From the NCBI RefSeq assembly GCF_009914755.1, contig NC_060925.1: DNA of 64,000 nucleotides. One strand, given 5' to 3'. Positions 57,296 to 64,000 of the stretch are shown in pieces. The position numbers and the translations under genes were made by a program. Origin of the DNA: the human T2T-CHM13v2.0 reference genome, Homo sapiens. Within the stretch, counting starts at the first letter, position 1. Each line of letters starts with the position of its first letter. The notes below the pieces were generated by a model. It searched no databases. It was given only the letters and a program-made list of their open reading frames with translations, and was not told where the DNA came from.

Positions 57296-60200
57296 CTAGA
57301 AGAATAGAGGAAAAATAAGATTATTCTGTGCAATCCCCATTCTGGAGGTCCCATATCAACCCCCGGAGTCTGTCTTTGCTTCTAAGGCTCAGCAAAAATT
57401 AGACCAGCATAAAGAAGATGAAGACTTGGATCTAGACGTGGTGGATGTGAATGAATATTGGCAATATTATGTATTTAGGAATGTATTTAATTAGTTTTGC
57501 AAGGAATGGTGACTTGAACCAAAAAATATAAGCGTGAATGGTAGGAGGGAAATGGGCCAGAAATCAAAGAATACTAGAAAGTTTACAGACTTTCAACTAT
57601 ACAAAGGTTAAAGCAGCAACCAGAAAAGTACCATGCAGATGATAAACATCTAAGATGTGATTTAATTTTCATTAACTAAAAACTATTTTTAACATGCAGC
57701 CCACTAGGACTCTTCTTCACATTTCTTTGTAATAATTACTACTCCTATTTTTGAAAGTTTTACGATGTATAAAGCATTATGCTAAGTGCTTTACACACAT
57801 TATATCCATTTAATTTTCACAACTCTGAGGTTTACTGTCATCTGACAGATCAAGAAACTAACTTAGAGGAGTTGAGTAACTTGCCAAGACTATCCCAAAG
57901 ACCTGGGATTCTTCACACCCAGCTAACCTAAAACCTGCATTCTACCACCACGTTTTAACCGCCTCCTATATACCAATGAAAAGTGGTCCATAAAACCAGA
58001 GTTGGAGAAACACAAGCTCTTGCACAGAAAATCAGTTTCATCAAATTATGTGCTGTAGTGTGGAAGACAAATGCCCACAGGAATATAAGCATCTTATGAG
58101 AAAGAGTAAGTGGCAAGAAAACACCATTTCTGCATGTGATGTGTGTGTGCTAATACCAGTAAGTTGTGAACATTTATTCTCTACAAGTGGAACCAAACCC
58201 ATATGCCATCAAAATTTTAATACTAGTCTAGGAAAATAGAAAAAGGTAACAAATCATTAAGAAACTTATATCTCAGCAATGAGAACACAAATATATCAGT
58301 GGGAAAATTAAACTCATGATCCTTTCTCATAAAGTAAACCAACTGCTGAAAAAAAATCTCTAATGATGAACTAACCAAACTCAAGCCCATGGTATTGAGT
58401 CCACATTGCAGATAACAGCCCATCTCTAACAGAATATATATTCACATAGTAGGGTGAGAAAAACAGAACAATCATTATCCTAAACACCAAACAGTAAAAC
58501 TAAATCCTCCCAGAATGGGAGGTAGAGAGGAATCTGCATCAAATATGAATTTAGTCTTACTCTGTAACTACTCTATGAGCCTATTTGCCAACTTTGTTTT
58601 AGCTATTCAAAACTTTCAAAAATGAACTAAGTCAGCTAAGGTATTTCACTTTTACACTGCAAATAGTTTGTGGATCAAACTATCATTACCCCCTGCAATC
58701 ATAACTGAACTTTCTTTTTTGATATTTTAAAGTCAACATGGCTTTCCTGAAAGGGAGGGCAGATACAATCATCTGTGTCCATTTCAATTTTCTGACACTT
58801 TTCAACACTAAGGATAAATGAAATTGAAAGCTTTCAAAAAAGGGGAATCAACTATTGCCTGATGACAAGAAGTTCGTGAAGACTCAACCACAAATTAAAA
58901 ACGATTTGAAAAAACTCGAGAGATGAAAGTCACATTACCAATTTAGAATAAAACTCTTGGGATTTAATATAGAATTACTTTATCTGTTATTCCTACTTAA
59001 AGAAATAAAGGTTTACACTCTGCAGACAGCACTACCTGATTCCACACAAAAGCTACAAACAAAACCAGTTCATACTTACCTCTTAAACAACACAATGAGC
59101 AGGCTGCCAGGTGTTAAAGCTTCATTAAAGATGATGCCTCTTGGATCATCTTGGCTGTATGAGGCACCATGTCCCTCATAATCGCCCCTGGTCCCTGGGC
59201 TGGAGTCTGTTTCTTCATTTTCATTTTTGGTTAAAGATGCCACTCCCTATGCTTTTATTAATTAGTGGATGCCACTAATTAAGTATTTTAATGAATTTTT
59301 CAAATTCTTTTAAAATGGATGGATCAATAGCTTCATTTCAATTACATGAAAACCTTTCCAAGTCCATGTTTCTGGTCTGTGGTTCCTGACTCCCTTGCCT
59401 GAGCCTCCTGCTCTGTCTGCCCTCTTCATTCCTGAAGGCTGAATTCAAACCTCCCTCTTTCAGACTTCCTCTTCTCTCTAGGTCTTGGGGGTCTTTGTTC
59501 ATGAAGGTCCCCTTTCTGGCATAAAAACCTAAACCCATGGTTGGGGACCTGGGAGAAATAAAGTGCCTTTCAAGCGCTTCTTCAGACATTGCGTGCAGTT
59601 CAGAAATCTTTAGCCTGGGAGACTTTCATCTCAACACACAGAAAACTCAAGTAAAACATTTCCTCAAACTATGGGCATACAAATTCAGAGCATAATCTAA
59701 TCCCTCACCTTCAGGGTACTATAAGACCAGACGGCCCTAGGAATGACAATAAGGCAGAGAACATTTACTTGTACAAATCCTTCCTCAGCCAACCACGATA
59801 AAGCTGATACCACCTTACAGCTTTTCAAAGAGTAGCCTGAGGAGGAGAATCACTAGCAGTCTCCAACTAAGGACAACATCATAAAAAATACCATCTGTCT
59901 CACTTTTGGCAGTAACTTGTCAGCTTGCTGGAAGCCTCTACAGAGACTAAAGGCTGAACAAGCCCGGAAACCTGAACTACCCTCTCACCCTCAGAGGCAA
60001 TCCCCAAAGGACAGGACTAAAGGAAATAGCATGAGGGAAGCTTTGAATGTCAATGCCCACATGTATCTAGTATGGGAATTTAAAAAATCTTCTATTTCCG
60101 GAGTTGTCAATAACTCATTTTGTAACCTTGGGCCAGTCACCTTATCACCCCATGCCTCAGTTTCCCCATCAGTACAAACTAGGGACAACACTTGTTCATA

Positions 60201-60944
60201 AAGTACTTTGACATACTCAGTTGAAAAATAAGTCATACAAATGCATTAATATTTTCGGAAGTTTTAAGATTTCAGTGTTAGCTTACAAATTTGTAAGTAT
60301 CACCCCAACGGTATTCTCTCAGATGCCTGGAGCACCTTTCTTCTGAGGAGCTCAAAGTAAAATTTGCGGTTCTGGGTACCTGGAAGCATAAAAAAATACT
60401 AGAAACCCAAACCACATTTTATTACCGAGTCTATATCCTGTGCCTATCTTTTAAGAAGGGACAAATACTTCGTATGGCCCTTAAATTCATACAGTACCTC
60501 AATGAGAAAGGAGGAGCAAAACAGTATATTAAACTGAAGAACAGGGATTTTAAATGACTTAGTCAAATAATTACAAATGATGTTTATTCATACCACAAAC
60601 TGAAGGGACCAAGAACCAAGGAGTGGAGGTCTTGAACCAGGGCAATTTACGCTGTTAACATTTGGTCAAAAATCTCAATATGGTATTATCTCTTGGCATT
60701 GATTTTTCAAAATGACAGAAAAAAATTAAATTCCCCATATATTGGGGGAAAAAAATAATACACTTTTTTGGGGGGTAAGTTGACTTTAAAAAGTGACTTT
60801 TAATAAAAAAAAATTTGATCACATTTGTAATAGTTATATTACTAATAAAACAATGACAGAATGCTACTTAATTCATAGTCCTATCTCTATTTATTATTCA
60901 TTCAAGAAAAACTTCCTGATTATTTTTCACTTGGTAAATTAGCA

Positions 60945-64000
<3,056 letters not shown>

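Overview
Eukaryotic, Alu-dense primate (human-like) genomic DNA, recognised as the EPB41 / TMEM200B / SRSF4 locus (1p35.3 in human, from recall). Plus strand: the last two coding exons and long 3'UTR exon of EPB41 (protein 4.1R). Minus strand: the complete TMEM200B gene (307-aa single coding exon in a ~4 kb CpG island, two candidate non-coding first exons, 3'UTR overlapping EPB41 tail-to-tail) and SRSF4 exons 2-6 (exon 1 lies beyond the window). Mobile DNA includes a solo LTR12C, an ERVK (LTR14C-like) solo LTR, a Tigger fragment, MIR/L1 remnants and dozens of Alus. The best lead for something undescribed is an Alu-fragmented, frameshifted coding remnant downstream of SRSF4 (~31.4-35.9 kb, minus strand) with OTU/vertnin-like protease motifs; this is unverified inference. 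Other leads are an SRSF6-like poison exon in SRSF4 intron 2, several candidate poison or terminal exons in an Alu-poor part of SRSF4 intron 1, and a complete two-exon transcript structure on an orphan CpG island at ~23 kb. No CRISPR, rRNA or tRNA was seen. Repeat boundaries are approximate and subfamily names come from recognition, not a search.
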